The notes under the pieces were generated by a model, which saw only the letters and a list, made by a program, of their open reading frames with translations, was not told the origin of the DNA and made no database searches. DNA of 64,000 bases from Eledone cirrhosa (taxonomy: Eukaryota): assembly GCA_964016885.1 (NCBI GenBank), contig OZ024741.1:18352001-18416000 (forward strand), read 5' to 3'. Shown here piece after piece: positions 27,601 to 42,600 of this stretch (position 1 is the first letter of the stretch; each line of letters begins with the position of its first letter). The position numbers and the translations under genes are program-made.

Positions 27601-30600
27601 TAACTGGCTGTCACATTACAGGACTGTTCACATATCTGAGACAGTCTTGTTATAACTGGCTGTCACATTACAGGACTGTTCACATATCTGAGACAGTCTT
27701 GTTATAACTGGCTGTCACATTACAGGACTGTTCACATACCTGAGACAGTCTTGTTATAACTGGCTGTCACATTACAGTACTGTTACCATACCTGAGACAG
27801 TCATGTTATATCTGGCTGTCACATTACAGTACTGTTCACATACCTGAGACAGTCTTGTTATAACTGGCTGTCACATTACAGGACTGTTCACATACCTGAG
27901 ACAGTCTTGTTATAACTGGCTGTCACATTACAGTACTGTTCACATACCTGAGACAGTCTTGTTATAACTGGCTGTCACATTACAGGACTGTTCACATACC
28001 TGAGACAGTCTTGTTATAACTGGCTGTCACATTACAGTACTGTTCACATACCTGAGACAGTCTTGTTATAACTGGCTGTCACATTACAGGACTGTTCACA
28101 TACCTGAGACAGTCTTGTTATAACTGGCTGTCACATTACAGGACTGTTCACATACCTGAGACAGTCTTGTTATAACTGGCTGTCACATTACAGTACTGTT
28201 ACCATACCTGAGACAGTCTTGTTATAACTGGCTGTCACATTACAGTACTGTCCACATACCTGAGACAGTCTTGTTATAACTGGCTGTCACATTACAGTAC
28301 TGTCCACATACCTGAGACAGTCTTGTTATAACTGGCTGTCACATTACAGTACTGTTCACATACCTGAGACAGTCTTGTTATAACTGGCTGTCACATTACA
28401 GTACTGTCCACATACCTGAGACAGTCTTGTTATAACTGGCTGTCACATTACAGTACTGTCCACATACCTGAGACAGTCTTGTTATAACTGGCTGTCACAT
28501 TACAGTACTGTTACCATACCTGAGACAGTCTTGTTATAACTGGCTGTCACATTACAGTACTGTTACCATACCTGAGACAGTCTTGTTATAACTGGCTGTC
28601 ACATTACAGTACTGTTCACATACCTGAGACAGTCTTGTTATAACTGGCTGTCACATTACAGTACTGTTACCATACCTGAGACAGTCTTGTTATAACTGGC
28701 TGTCACATTACAGTACTGTTACCATACCTGAGACAGTCTTGTTATAACTGGCTGTCACATTACAGTACTGTTCACATACCTGAGACAGTCTTGTTATAAC
28801 TGGCTGTCACATTACAGTACTGTTACCATACCTGAGACAGTCTTGTTATAACTGGCTGTCACATTACAGTGCTGTTCACATACCTGAGACAGTCTTGTTA
28901 TAACTGGCTGTCACATTACGGTACTGTTCACATACCTGAGACAGTCTTGTTATAACTGGCTGTCACATTACAGTACTGTTACCATACCTGAGACAGTCTT
29001 GTTATAACTGGCTGTTACATTACAGTACTGTTCACATACCTGAGACAGTCTTGTTATAACTGGCTGTCACATTACAGTACTGTTCACATACCTGAGACAG
29101 TCTTGTTATAACTGGCTGTCACATTACAGTACTGTTCACATACCTGAGACAGTCTTGTTATAACTGGCTGTCACATTACAGTACTGTTACCATACCTGAG
29201 ACAGTCTTGTTATAACTGGCTGTCACATTACAGTACTGTTCACATACCTGAGACAGTCTTGTTATAACTGGCTGTCACATTACAGTACTGTCCACATACC
29301 TGAGACAGTCTTGTTATAACTGACTGTCACATTACGGTACTGTTCACATACCTGAGACAGTCTTGTTATAACTGGCTGTCACATTACAGTACTGTTCACA
29401 TACCTGAGACAGTCTTGTTATAACTGGCTGTCACATTACAGTACTGTCCACATACCTGAGACAGTCTTGTTATAACTGACTGTCACATTACGGTACTGTT
29501 CACATACCTGAGACAGTCTTGTTATAACTGGCTGTCACATTACAGTACTCTTCACATACCTGAGACAGTCTTGTTATAACTGGCTGTCACATTACAGTAC
29601 TGTTCACATACCTGAGACATTCTTGTTATAACTGGCTGTCACATTACAGTACTCTTCACATACCTGAGACAGTCTTGTTATAACTGGCTGTCACATTACA
29701 GTACTGTTCACATACCTGAGACATTCTTGTTATAACTGGCTGTCACATTACAGTACTCTTCACATACCTGAGACAGTCTTGTTATAACTGGCTGTCACAT
29801 TACAGTACTGTTCACATATCTGAGACAGTCTTGTTATAACTGGCTGTCACATTACAGTACTCTTCACATACCTGAGACAGTCTTGTTATAACTGGCTGTC
29901 ACATTACAGTACTGTTCACATACCTGAGACAGTCTTGTTATAACTGGCTGTCACATTACAGTACTGTTCACATACCTGAGACAGTCTTGTTATAACTGGC
30001 TGTCACATTACAGTACTGTTCACATATCTGAGACAGTCTTGTTATAACTGGCTGTCACATTACAGTACTCTTCACATACCTGAGACAGTCTTGTTATAAC
30101 TGGCTGTCACATTACAGTACTGTTCACATATCTGAGACAGTCTTGTTATAACTGGCTGTCACATTACGGTACTGTTCACATACCTGAGACAGTCTTGTTA
30201 TAACTGGCTGTCACATTACAGTACTGTTCACATATCTGAGACAGTCTTGTTATAACTGGCTGTCACATTACAGTACTCTTCACATACCTGAGACACTCTT
30301 GTTATAACTGGCTGTCACATTACAGTACTGTCCATATACCTGAGACAGTCTTGTTATAACTGGCTGTCACATTACAGTACTGTTACCATACCTGAGACTG
30401 TCTTGTTATAACTGTCTGTCACATTACAGTACTGTTCACATACCTGAGACAGTCTTGTTATAACTGGCTGTCACATTACAGTACTGTTACCATACCTGAG
30501 ACTGTCTTGTTATAACTGGCTGTCACATTACAGTACTGTTCACATACCTGAGACAGTCTTGTTAGAACTGGCTGTCACATTACAGTACTGTTCACATACC

Positions 30601-33600
30601 TGAGACACTCTTGTTATAAATGGCTGTCACATTACGGTACTGTTCACATACCTGAGACAGTCTTGTTATAACTGGCTGTCACATTACAGTACTGTTACCA
30701 TACCTGAGACAGTCTTGTTATAACTGGCTGTCACATTACAGTACTGTCCACATACCTGAGACAGTCTTGTTATAACTGGCTGTCACATTACAGTACTGTC
30801 CATATACCTGAGACAGTCTTGTTATAACTGGCTGTCACATTACAGTACTGTTACCATACCTGAGACTGTCTTGTTATAACTGTCTGTCACATTACAGTAC
30901 TGTTCACATACCTGAGACAGTCTTGTTATAACTGGCTGTCACATTACAGTACTGTTACCATACCTGAGACTGTCTTGTTATAACTGGCTGTCACATTACA
31001 GTACTGTTCACATACCTGAGACAGTCTTGTTAGAACTGGCTGTCACATTACAGTACTGTTCACATACCTGAGACACTCTTGTTATAACTGGCTGTCACAT
31101 TACGGTACTGTTCACATACCTGAGACAGTCTTGTTATAACTGGCTGTCACATTACAGTACTGTTACCATACCTGAGACAGTCTTGTTATAACTGGCTGTC
31201 ACATTACAGTACTGTCCACATACCTGAGACAGTCTTGTTATAACTGGCTGTCACATTACAGTACTTTCCACATACCTGAGACACACTTGTTATAACTGGC
31301 TGTCACATTACAGTACTGTTACCATACCTGAGACAGTCTTGTTATAACTGGCTGTCACATTACAGTACTGTTCACATACCTGAGACAGTCTTGTTATAAC
31401 TGGCTGTCACATTACAGTACTGTTACCATACTTGAGACAGTCTTGTTATAACTGGCTGTCACATTACAGTACTGTTACCATACCTGAGACAGTCTTGTTA
31501 TAACTGGCTGTCACATTGCAGTACTGTTCACATATCTGAGACAGTCTTGTTATAACTGGCTGTCACATTACAGTACTGTTACCATACCTGAGACAGTCTT
31601 GTTATAACTGGCTGTCACATTGCAGTACTGTTCACATACCTGAGACAGTCTTGTTATAACTGGCTGTCACATTACAGTACTGTTCACATACCTGAGACTG
31701 TCTTGTTATAACTGGCTGTCACATTACAGTACTGTTACCATACCTGAGACAGTCTTGTTATAACTGGCTGTCACATTGCAGTACTGTTCACATACCTGAG
31801 ACAGTCTTGTTATAACTGGCTGTCACATTACAGTACTGTTCACATACCTGAGACTGTCTTGTTATAACTGGCTGTCACATTACAGTACTGTTCACATACC
31901 TGAGACTGTCTTGTTATAACTGGCTGTCACATTACAGTACTGTTACCATACCTGAGACAGTCTTGTTATAACTGGCTGTCACATTGCAGTACTGTTCACA
32001 TACCTGAGACACACTTGTTATAACTGGCTGTCACATTACGGTACTGTTCACATACCTGAGACAGTCTTGTTATAACTGGCTGTCACATTACAGTACTGTT
32101 ACCATACCTGAGACAGTCTTGTTATAACTGGCTGTCACATTGCAGTACTGTTCACATACCTGAGACAGTCTTGTTATAACTGGCTGTCACATTACAGTAC
32201 TGTTCACATACCTGAGACTGTCTTGTTATAACTGGCTGTCACATTACAGTACTGTTACCATACCTGAGACAGTCTTGTTATAACTGGCTGTCACATTGCA
32301 GTACTGTTCACATACCTGAGACAGTCTTGTTATAACTGGCTGTCACATTACAGTACTGTTCACATACCTGAGACTGTCTTGTTATAACTGGCTGTCACAT
32401 TACAGTACTGTTACCATACCTGAGACAGTCTTGTTATAACTGGCTGTCACATTGCAGTACTGTTCACATACCTGAGACAGTCTTGTTATAACTGGCTGTC
32501 ACATTACAGTACTGTTACCATACCTGAGACAGTCTTGTTATAACTGGCTGTCACATTACAGTACTGTTCACATACCTGAGACACACTTGTTATAACTGGC
32601 TGTCACATTACGGTACTGTTCACATACCTGAGACAGTCTTGTTATAACTGGCTGTCACATTACAGTACTGTTACCATACTTGAGACAGTCTTGTTATAAC
32701 TGGCTGTCACATTACAGTACTGTTCCCATACCTGAGACAGTCTTGTTATAACTGACTGTCACATTACAGTACTGTTCACATACCTGAGACAGTCTTGTTA
32801 TAACTGGCTGTCACATTACAGTACTGTTACCTATACCTGAGACAGTCTTGTTATAACTGGCTGTCACATTACAGTACTGTTACCATACCTGAGACAGTCT
32901 TGTTATAACTGGTTGTCACATTACAGTACTGTTACCATACCTGAGACAGTCTTGTTATAACTGGCTGTCACATTACAGTACTGTTCACATAACTGAGACA
33001 GTCTTGTTATAACTGGCTGTCACAATACAGTACTGTCCACATACCTGAGACAGTTTTGTCATAACTGGCTGTCACATTACAGTACTGTTCACATACCTGA
33101 GACAGTCTTGTTATAACTGGCTGTCACATTACAGTACTGTCTACATACCTGAGACAGTCTTGTTATAACTGGCTTTCACATTACAGTACTGTTACCATAC
33201 TTGAGACACTCTTGTTATAACTGGCTGTCACATTACAGTACTGTTCACATACCTGAGACAGTCTTGTTATAACTGACTGTCACATTACAGTACTGTTCAC
33301 ATACCTGAGACAGTCTTGTTATAACTGGCTGTCACATTACAGTACTGTTCACATACCTGAGACAGTCTTGTTATAACTGGCTGTCACATTACAGTACTGT
33401 TCACATACCTGAGACACTCTTGTTATAACTGGCTGTCACATTACAGTACTGTTCACATACCTGAGACAGTCTTGTTATAACTGGCTGTCACATTACAGTA
33501 CTGTTCACATACCTGAGACACTCTTGTTATAACTGGCTGTCACATTACAGTACTGTCCATATACCTGAGACAGTCTTGTTATAACTGGCTGTCACATTAC

Positions 33601-36600
33601 AGTACTGTTACCATACCTGAGACAGTCTTGTTATAACTGGCTGTCACATTACAGTACTGTTCACATACCTGAGACAGTCTTGTTATAACTGGCTGTCACA
33701 TTACAGTACTGTTACCATACCTGAGACAGACTTGTTATAACTGGCTGTCACATTACAGTACTGTCCACATACCTGAGACAGTCTTGTTATAACTGGCTGT
33801 CACATTACAGTACTTTCCACATACCTGAGACACACTTGTTATAACTGGCTGTCACATTACAGTACTGTTACCATACCTGAGACAGTCTTGTTATAACTGG
33901 CTGTCACATTACAGTACTGTTCACATACCTGAGACAGTCTTGTTATAACTGGCTGTCACATTACAGTACTGTTACCATACTTGATACAGTCTTGTTATAA
34001 CTGGCTGTCACATTACAGTACTGTTACCATACCTGAGACAGTCTTGTTATAACTGGCTGTCACATTACAGTACTGTTACCATACCTGGGACAGTCTTGTT
34101 ATAACTGGCTGTCACATTACAGTACTGTTCACATACCTGAGACACACTTGTTATAACTGGCTGTCACATTACGGTACTGTTCACATACCTGAGACAGTCT
34201 GGTTATAACTGGCTGTCACATTACAGTACTGTTCACATACCTGAGACAGTCTTGTCATAACTGGCTGTCACATTACAGTACTGTTACCATACTTGAGACA
34301 GTCTTGTTATAACTGGCTGTCACATTACAGTACTGTTACCATACCTGAGACAGTCTTGTTATAACTGGCTGTCACATTACAGTACTGTTACCATACTTGA
34401 GACAGTCTTGTTATAACTGGCTGTCACATTACAGTACTGTTACCATACCTGAGACAGTCTTGTTATAACTGGCTGTCACATTACAGTACTTTCCACATAC
34501 CTGAGACAGTCTTGTTATAACTGGCTGTCACATTACAGTACTGTTCACATACCTGAGACAGTCTTGTTATAACTGACTGTCACATTACAGTACTGTTCAC
34601 ATACCTGAGACAGTCTTGTTATAACTGGCTGTCACATTACAGTACTGTTCCCATACCTGAGACAGTCTTGTTATAACTGACTGTCACATTACAGTACTGT
34701 TACCATACATGAGACAGTCTTGTTTTAACTGGCTGTCACATTACAGTACTGTTCACATATCTGAGACAGTCTTGTTATAACTGGCTGTCACATTACAGTA
34801 CTGTTCCCATACCTGAGACAGTCTTGTTATAACTGGCTGTCACATTACAGTACTGTTACCATACATGAGACAGTCTTGTTTTAACTGGCTGTCACATTAC
34901 AGTACTGTTCACATACCTGAGACAGTCTTGTTATAACTGGCTGTCACATTACAGTACTGTTCCCATACCTGAGACAGTCTTGTTATAACTGACTGTCACA
35001 TTACAGTACTGTTACCATACCTGAGACATTCTTGTTATAACTGGCTGTCACATTACAGTACTGTTACCATACCTGAGACAGTCTTGTTATAACTGACTGT
35101 CACATTACAGTACTGTTCACATACCTGAGACAGTCTTGTTATAACTGGCTGTCACATTACAGTACTGTTACCATACCTGAGACAGTCTTGTTATAACTGA
35201 CTGTCACATTACAGTACTGTTCACATACTTGAGACAGTCTTGTTTTAACTGGCTGTCACATTACAGTACTGTTCACATACCTGAGACAGTCTTGTTATAA
35301 CTGACTGTCACATTACAGTACTGTTCACATACCTGAGACAGTCTTGTTATAACTGGCTGTCACATTACAGTACTGTTACCATACCTGAGACAGTCTTGTT
35401 ATAACTGGCTGTCACATTACAGTACTGTTACCATACCTGAGACAGTTTTGTTATAACTGGCTGTCACATTACAGTACTGTTCACATACCTGAGACAGTCT
35501 TGTTATAACTGGCTGTCACATTACAGTACTGTTCACATACCTGAGACAGTCTTGTTATAACTGGCTGTCACATTACAGTACTGTTCACATACCTGAGACA
35601 GTCTTGTTATAACTGGCTGTCACATTACAGTACTGTTCACATACCTGAGACAGTCTTGTTATAACTGGCTGTCACATTACAGTACTGTTCACATACCTGA
35701 GACAGTCTTGTTATAACTGGCTGTCACATTACAGTACTGTTCACATACCTGAGACACTCTTGTTATAACTGGCTGTCACATTACAGTACTGTTCACATAC
35801 CTGAGACAGTCTTGTTATAACTGACTGTCACATTACAGTACTGTTCACATACCTGAGACAGTCTTGTTATAACTGGCTGTCACATTACAGTACTGTTCAC
35901 ATACCTGAGACAGTCTTGTTATAACTGGCTGTCACATTACAGTACTGTTCACATACCTGAGACACTCTTGTTATAACTGGCTGTCACATTACAGTACTGT
36001 TCACATACCTGAGACACTCTTGTTATAACTGACTGTCACATTACAGTACTGTTCACATACCTGAGACACTCTTGTTATAACTGGCTGTCACATTACAGTA
36101 CTGTTCACATACCTGAGACAGTCTTGTTATAACTGGCTGTCACATTACAGTACTGTTCACATACCTGAGACAGTCTTGTTATAACTGGCTGTCACATTAC
36201 AGTACTGTTACCATACCTGAGACAGTCTTGTTATAACTGGCTGTCACATTACAGTACTGTTACCATACCTGAGACAGTTTTGTTATAACTGGCTGTCACA
36301 TTACAGTACTGTTACCATACCTGAGACAGTTTTGTTATAACTGGCTGTCACATTACAGTACTGTTCACATACCTGAGACAGTCTTGTTATAACTGGCTGT
36401 CACATTACAGTACTGTTCACATACCTGAGACAGTCTTGTTATAACTGGCTGTCACATTACAGTACTGTTACCATTCCTGAGACAGTCTTGTTATAACTGG
36501 CTGTCACATTACAGTACTGTTACCATACCTGAGACAGTTTTGTTATAACTGGCTGTCACATTACAGTACTGTTACCATACCTGAGACAGTTTTGTTATAA

Positions 36601-39600
36601 CTGGCTGTCACATTACAGTACTGTTCACATACCTGAGACAGTCTTGTTATAACTGGCTGTCACATTACAGTACTGTTCACATACCTGAGACAGTCTTGTT
36701 ATAACTGGCTGTCACATTACAGTACTGTTCACATACCTGAGACAGTCTTGTTATAACTGGCTGTCACATTACAGTACTGTTCCCATACCTGAGACAGTCT
36801 TGTTATAACTGGCTGTCACATTACAGTACTGTTCACATACCTGAGACATTCTTGTTATAACTGGCTGTCACATTACAGTACTCTTCACATACCTGAGACA
36901 GTCTTGTTATAACTGGCTGTCACATTACAGTACTGTTCACATATCTGAGACAGTCTTGTTATAACTGGCTGTCACATTACAGTACTCTTCACATACCTGA
37001 GACAGTCTTGTTATAACTGGCTGTCACATTACAGTACTGTTCACATACCTGAGACAGTCTTGTTATAACTGGCTGTCACATTACAGTACTGTTCACATAT
37101 CTGAGACAGTCTTGTTATAACTGGCTGTCACATTACAGTACTGTTCCCATACCTGAGACAGTCTTGTTATAACTGGCTGTCACATTACAGTACTGTTACC
37201 ATACTTGAGACAGTCTTGTTATAACTGGCTGTCACATTACAGTACTGTTCACATACCTGAGACACACTTGTTATAACTGGCTGTCACATTACAGTACTGT
37301 TACCATACCTGAGACAGTCTTGTTATAACTGGCTGTCACATTACAGTACTGTTACCATACTTGAGACAGTCTTGTTATAACTGGCTGTCACATTACAGTA
37401 CTGTTACCATACCTGAGACAGTCTTGTTATAACTGGCTGTCACATTACAGTACTTTCCACATACCTGAGACAGTCTTGTTATAACTGGCTGTCACATTAC
37501 AGTACTGTTCACATACCTGAGACAGTCTTGTTATAACTGACTGTCACATTACAGTACTGTTCACATACCTGAGACAGTCTTGTTATAACTGGCTGTCACA
37601 TTACAGTACTGTTCCCATACCTGAGACAGTCTTGTTATAACTGACTGTCACATTACAGTACTGTTACCATACATGAGACAGTCTTGTTTTAACTGGCTGT
37701 CACATTACAGTACTGTTCACATATCTGAGACAGTCTTGTTATAACTGGCTGTCACATTACAGTACTGTTCCCATACCTGAGACAGTCTTGTTATAACTGG
37801 CTGTCACATTACAGTACTGTTACCATACATGAGACAGTCTTGTTTTAACTGGCTGTCACATTACAGTACTGTTCACATACCTGAGACAGTCTTGTTATAA
37901 CTGGCTGTCACATTACAGTACTGTTCCCATACCTGAGACAGTCTTGTTATAACTGACTGTCACATTACAGTACTGTTACCATACCTGAGACATTCTTGTT
38001 ATAACTGGCTGTCACATTACAGTACTGTTACCATACCTGAGACAGTCTTGTTATAACTGACTGTCACATTACAGTACTGTTCACATACCTGAGACAGTCT
38101 TGTTATAACTGGCTGTCACATTACAGTACTGTTACCATACCTGAGACAGTCTTGTTATAACTGACTGTCACATTACAGTACTGTTCACATACTTGAGACA
38201 GTCTTGTTTTAACTGGCTGTCACATTACAGTACTGTTCACATACCTGAGACAGTCTTGTTATAACTGACTGTCACATTACAGTACTGTTCACATACCTGA
38301 GACAGTCTTGTTATAACTGGCTGTCACATTACAGTACTGTTACCATACCTGAGACAGTCTTGTTATAACTGGCTGTCACATTACAGTACTGTTACCATAC
38401 CTGAGACAGTTTTGTTATAACTGGCTGTCACATTACAGTACTGTTCACATACCTGAGACAGTCTTGTTATAACTGGCTGTCACATTACAGTACTGTTCAC
38501 ATACCTGAGACAGTCTTGTTATAACTGGCTGTCACATTACAGTACTGTTCACATACCTGAGACAGTCTTGTTATAACTGGCTGTCACATTACAGTACTGT
38601 TCACATACCTGAGACAGTCTTGTTATAACTGGCTGTCACATTACAGTACTGTTCACATACCTGAGACAGTCTTGTTATAACTGGCTGTCACATTACAGTA
38701 CTGTTCACATACCTGAGACACTCTTGTTATAACTGGCTGTCACATTACAGTACTGTTCACATACCTGAGACAGTCTTGTTATAACTGACTGTCACATTAC
38801 AGTACTGTTCACATACCTGAGACAGTCTTGTTATAACTGGCTGTCACATTACAGTACTGTTCACATACCTGAGACAGTCTTGTTATAACTGGCTGTCACA
38901 TTACAGTACTGTTCACATACCTGAGACACTCTTGTTATAACTGGCTGTCACATTACAGTACTGTTCACATACCTGAGACACTCTTGTTATAACTGACTGT
39001 CACATTACAGTACTGTTCACATACCTGAGACACTCTTGTTATAACTGGCTGTCACATTACAGTACTGTTCACATACCTGAGACAGTCTTGTTATAACTGG
39101 CTGTCACATTACAGTACTGTTCACATACCTGAGACAGTCTTGTTATAACTGGCTGTCACATTACAGTACTGTTACCATACCTGAGACAGTCTTGTTATAA
39201 CTGGCTGTCACATTACAGTACTGTTACCATACCTGAGACAGTTTTGTTATAACTGGCTGTCACATTACAGTACTGTTACCATACCTGAGACAGTTTTGTT
39301 ATAACTGGCTGTCACATTACAGTACTGTTCACATACCTGAGACAGTCTTGTTATAACTGGCTGTCACATTACAGTACTGTTCACATACCTGAGACAGTCT
39401 TGTTATAACTGGCTGTCACATTACAGTACTGTTACCATTCCTGAGACAGTCTTGTTATAACTGGCTGTCACATTACAGTACTGTTACCATACCTGAGACA
39501 GTTTTGTTATAACTGGCTGTCACATTACAGTACTGTTACCATACCTGAGACAGTTTTGTTATAACTGGCTGTCACATTACAGTACTGTTCACATACCTGA

Positions 39601-42600
39601 GACAGTCTTGTTATAACTGGCTGTCACATTACAGTACTGTTCACATACCTGAGACAGTCTTGTTATAACTGGCTGTCACATTACAGTACTGTTCACATAC
39701 CTGAGACAGTCTTGTTATAACTGGCTGTCACATTACAGTACTGTTCCCATACCTGAGACAGTCTTGTTATAACTGGCTGTCACATTACAGTACTGTTCAC
39801 ATACCTGAGACATTCTTGTTATAACTGGCTGTCACATTACAGTACTCTTCACATACCTGAGACAGTCTTGTTATAACTGGCTGTCACATTACAGTACTGT
39901 TCACATATCTGAGACAGTCTTGTTATAACTGGCTGTCACATTACAGTACTCTTCACATACCTGAGACAGTCTTGTTATAACTGGCTGTCACATTACAGTA
40001 CTGTTCACATACCTGAGACAGTCTTGTTATAACTGGCTGTCACATTACAGTACTGTTCACATATCTGAGACAGTCTTGTTATAACTGGCTGTCACATTAC
40101 AGTACTCTTCACATACCTGAGACAGTCTTGTTATAACTGGCTGTCACATTACAGTACTGTTCACATATCTGAGACAGTCTTGTTATAACTGGCTGTCACA
40201 TTACGGTACTGTTCACATACCTGAGACAGTCTTGTTATAACTGGCTGTCACATTACAGTACTGTTCACATATCTGAGACAGTCTTGTTATAACTGGCTGT
40301 CACATTACAGTACTCTTCACATACCTGAGACAGTCTTGTTATAACTGGCTGTCACATTACAGTACTGTTCACATACCTGAGACAGTCTTGTTATAACTGG
40401 CTGTCACATTACAGTACTGTTCACATACCTGAGACAGTCTTGTTATAACTGGCTGTCACATTACAGTACTGTTCACATACCTGAGACAGTCTTGTTATAA
40501 CTGGCTGTCACATTACAGTACTGTTCACATACCTGAGACAGTCTTGTTATAACTGGCTGTCACATTACAGTACTGTTACCATACCTGAGACAGTCTTGTT
40601 ATAACTGGCTATCACATTACAGTACTGTCCACATACCTGAGACAGTTTTGTTATAACTGGCTGTCACATTACAGTGCTGTTCACATATCTGAGACAGTCT
40701 TGTTATAACTGGCTGTCACATTACAGTACTGTTACCATACCTGAGACAGTCTTGTTATAACTGGCTGTCATATTACAGTACTGTCCACATACCTGAGACA
40801 GTCTTGTTATAACTGGCTGTCACATTACAGTACTGTTCACATATCTGAGACAGTCTTGTTATAACTGGCTGTCACATTACAGTACTGTTACCATACCTGA
40901 GACAGTCTTGTTATAACTGGCTGTCATATTACAGTACTGTCCACATACCTGAGACAGTCTTGTTATATCTGGCTGTCACATTACAGTACTGTCCACATAC
41001 CTGAGACAGTCTTGTTATAACTGGCTGTCATATTACAGTACTGTCCACATACCTGAGACAGTCTTGTTATAACTGGCTATCACATTACAGTACTGTCCAC
41101 ATACCTGAGACAGTCTTGTTATAACTGGCTGTCATATTACAGTACTGTCCACATACCTGAGACAGTCTTGTTATAACTGGCTGTCACATTACAGTACTGT
41201 TCACATACCTGAGACAGTCTTGTTATAACTGGCTGTCACATTACAGTACTGTTCACATACCTGAGACAGTCTTGTTATAACTGGCTGTCACATTACAGTA
41301 CTGTTACCATACCTGAGACAGTCTTGTTATAACTGGCTATCACATTACAGTACTGTCCACATACCTGAGACAGTCTTGTTATAACTGGCTGTCACATTAC
41401 AGTACTGTTCACATACCTGAGACAGTCTTGTTATAACTAGCTGTCACATTACAGTACTGTTACCATACCTGAGACAGTCTTGTTATAACTGGCTATCACA
41501 TTACAGTACTGTCCACATACCTGAGACAGTCTTGTTATAACTGGCTGTCACAATACAGTACTGGTCAGATACCTGAGACAGTCTTGTTATAACTGGCTGT
41601 CACATTACAGTACTGTTACCATACCTGAGACAGTCTTGTTATAACTGGCTGTCACATTACAGTACTGTTCACATACCTGAGACAGTCTTGTTATAACTGG
41701 CTGTCACATTACAGTACTGTTCACATACCTGAGACAGTCTTGTTATAATTGGCTGTCACATTACAGTACTGTTACCATACCTGAGACAGTCTTGTTATAA
41801 CTGGCTGTCACATTACCGTACTGTTACCATACCTGAGACAGTCTTGTTATAACTGGCTGTCACATTACAGTACTGTTCACATACCTGAGACAGTCTTGTT
41901 ATAACTGGCTGTCACATTACAGTACTGTTCACATACCTGAGACAGTCTTGTTATAACTGGCTGTCACATTACTGTACTGTCCACATACCTGAGACAGTCT
42001 TGTTATAACTGGCTGTCACATTACAGTACTGTTCACATACCTGAGACAGTCTTGTTATAACTGGCTGTCACATTACAGTACTGTTCACATACCTGAGACA
42101 CTCTTGTTATAACTGGCTGTCACATTACAGTACTGTCCATATACCTGAGACAGTCTTGTTATAACTGGCTGTCACATTACAGTACTGTTACCATACCTGA
42201 GACAGTCTTGTTATAACTGGCTGTCACATTACAGTACTGTTCACATACCTGAGACAGTCTTGTTATAACTGGCTGTCACATTACAGTACTGTTACCATAC
42301 CTGAGACAGACTTGTTATAACTGGCTGTCACATTACAGTACTGTCCACATACCTGAGACAGTCTTGTTATAACTGGCTGTCACATTACAGTACTTTCCAC
42401 ATACCTGAGACACACTTGTTATAACTGGCTGTCACATTACAGTACTGTTACCATACCTGAGACAGTCTTGTTATAACTGGCTGTCACATTACAGTACTGT
42501 TCACATACCTGAGACAGTCTTGTTATAACTGGCTGTCACATTACAGTACTGTTACCATACTTGAGACAGTCTTGTTATAACTGGCTGTCACATTACAGTA

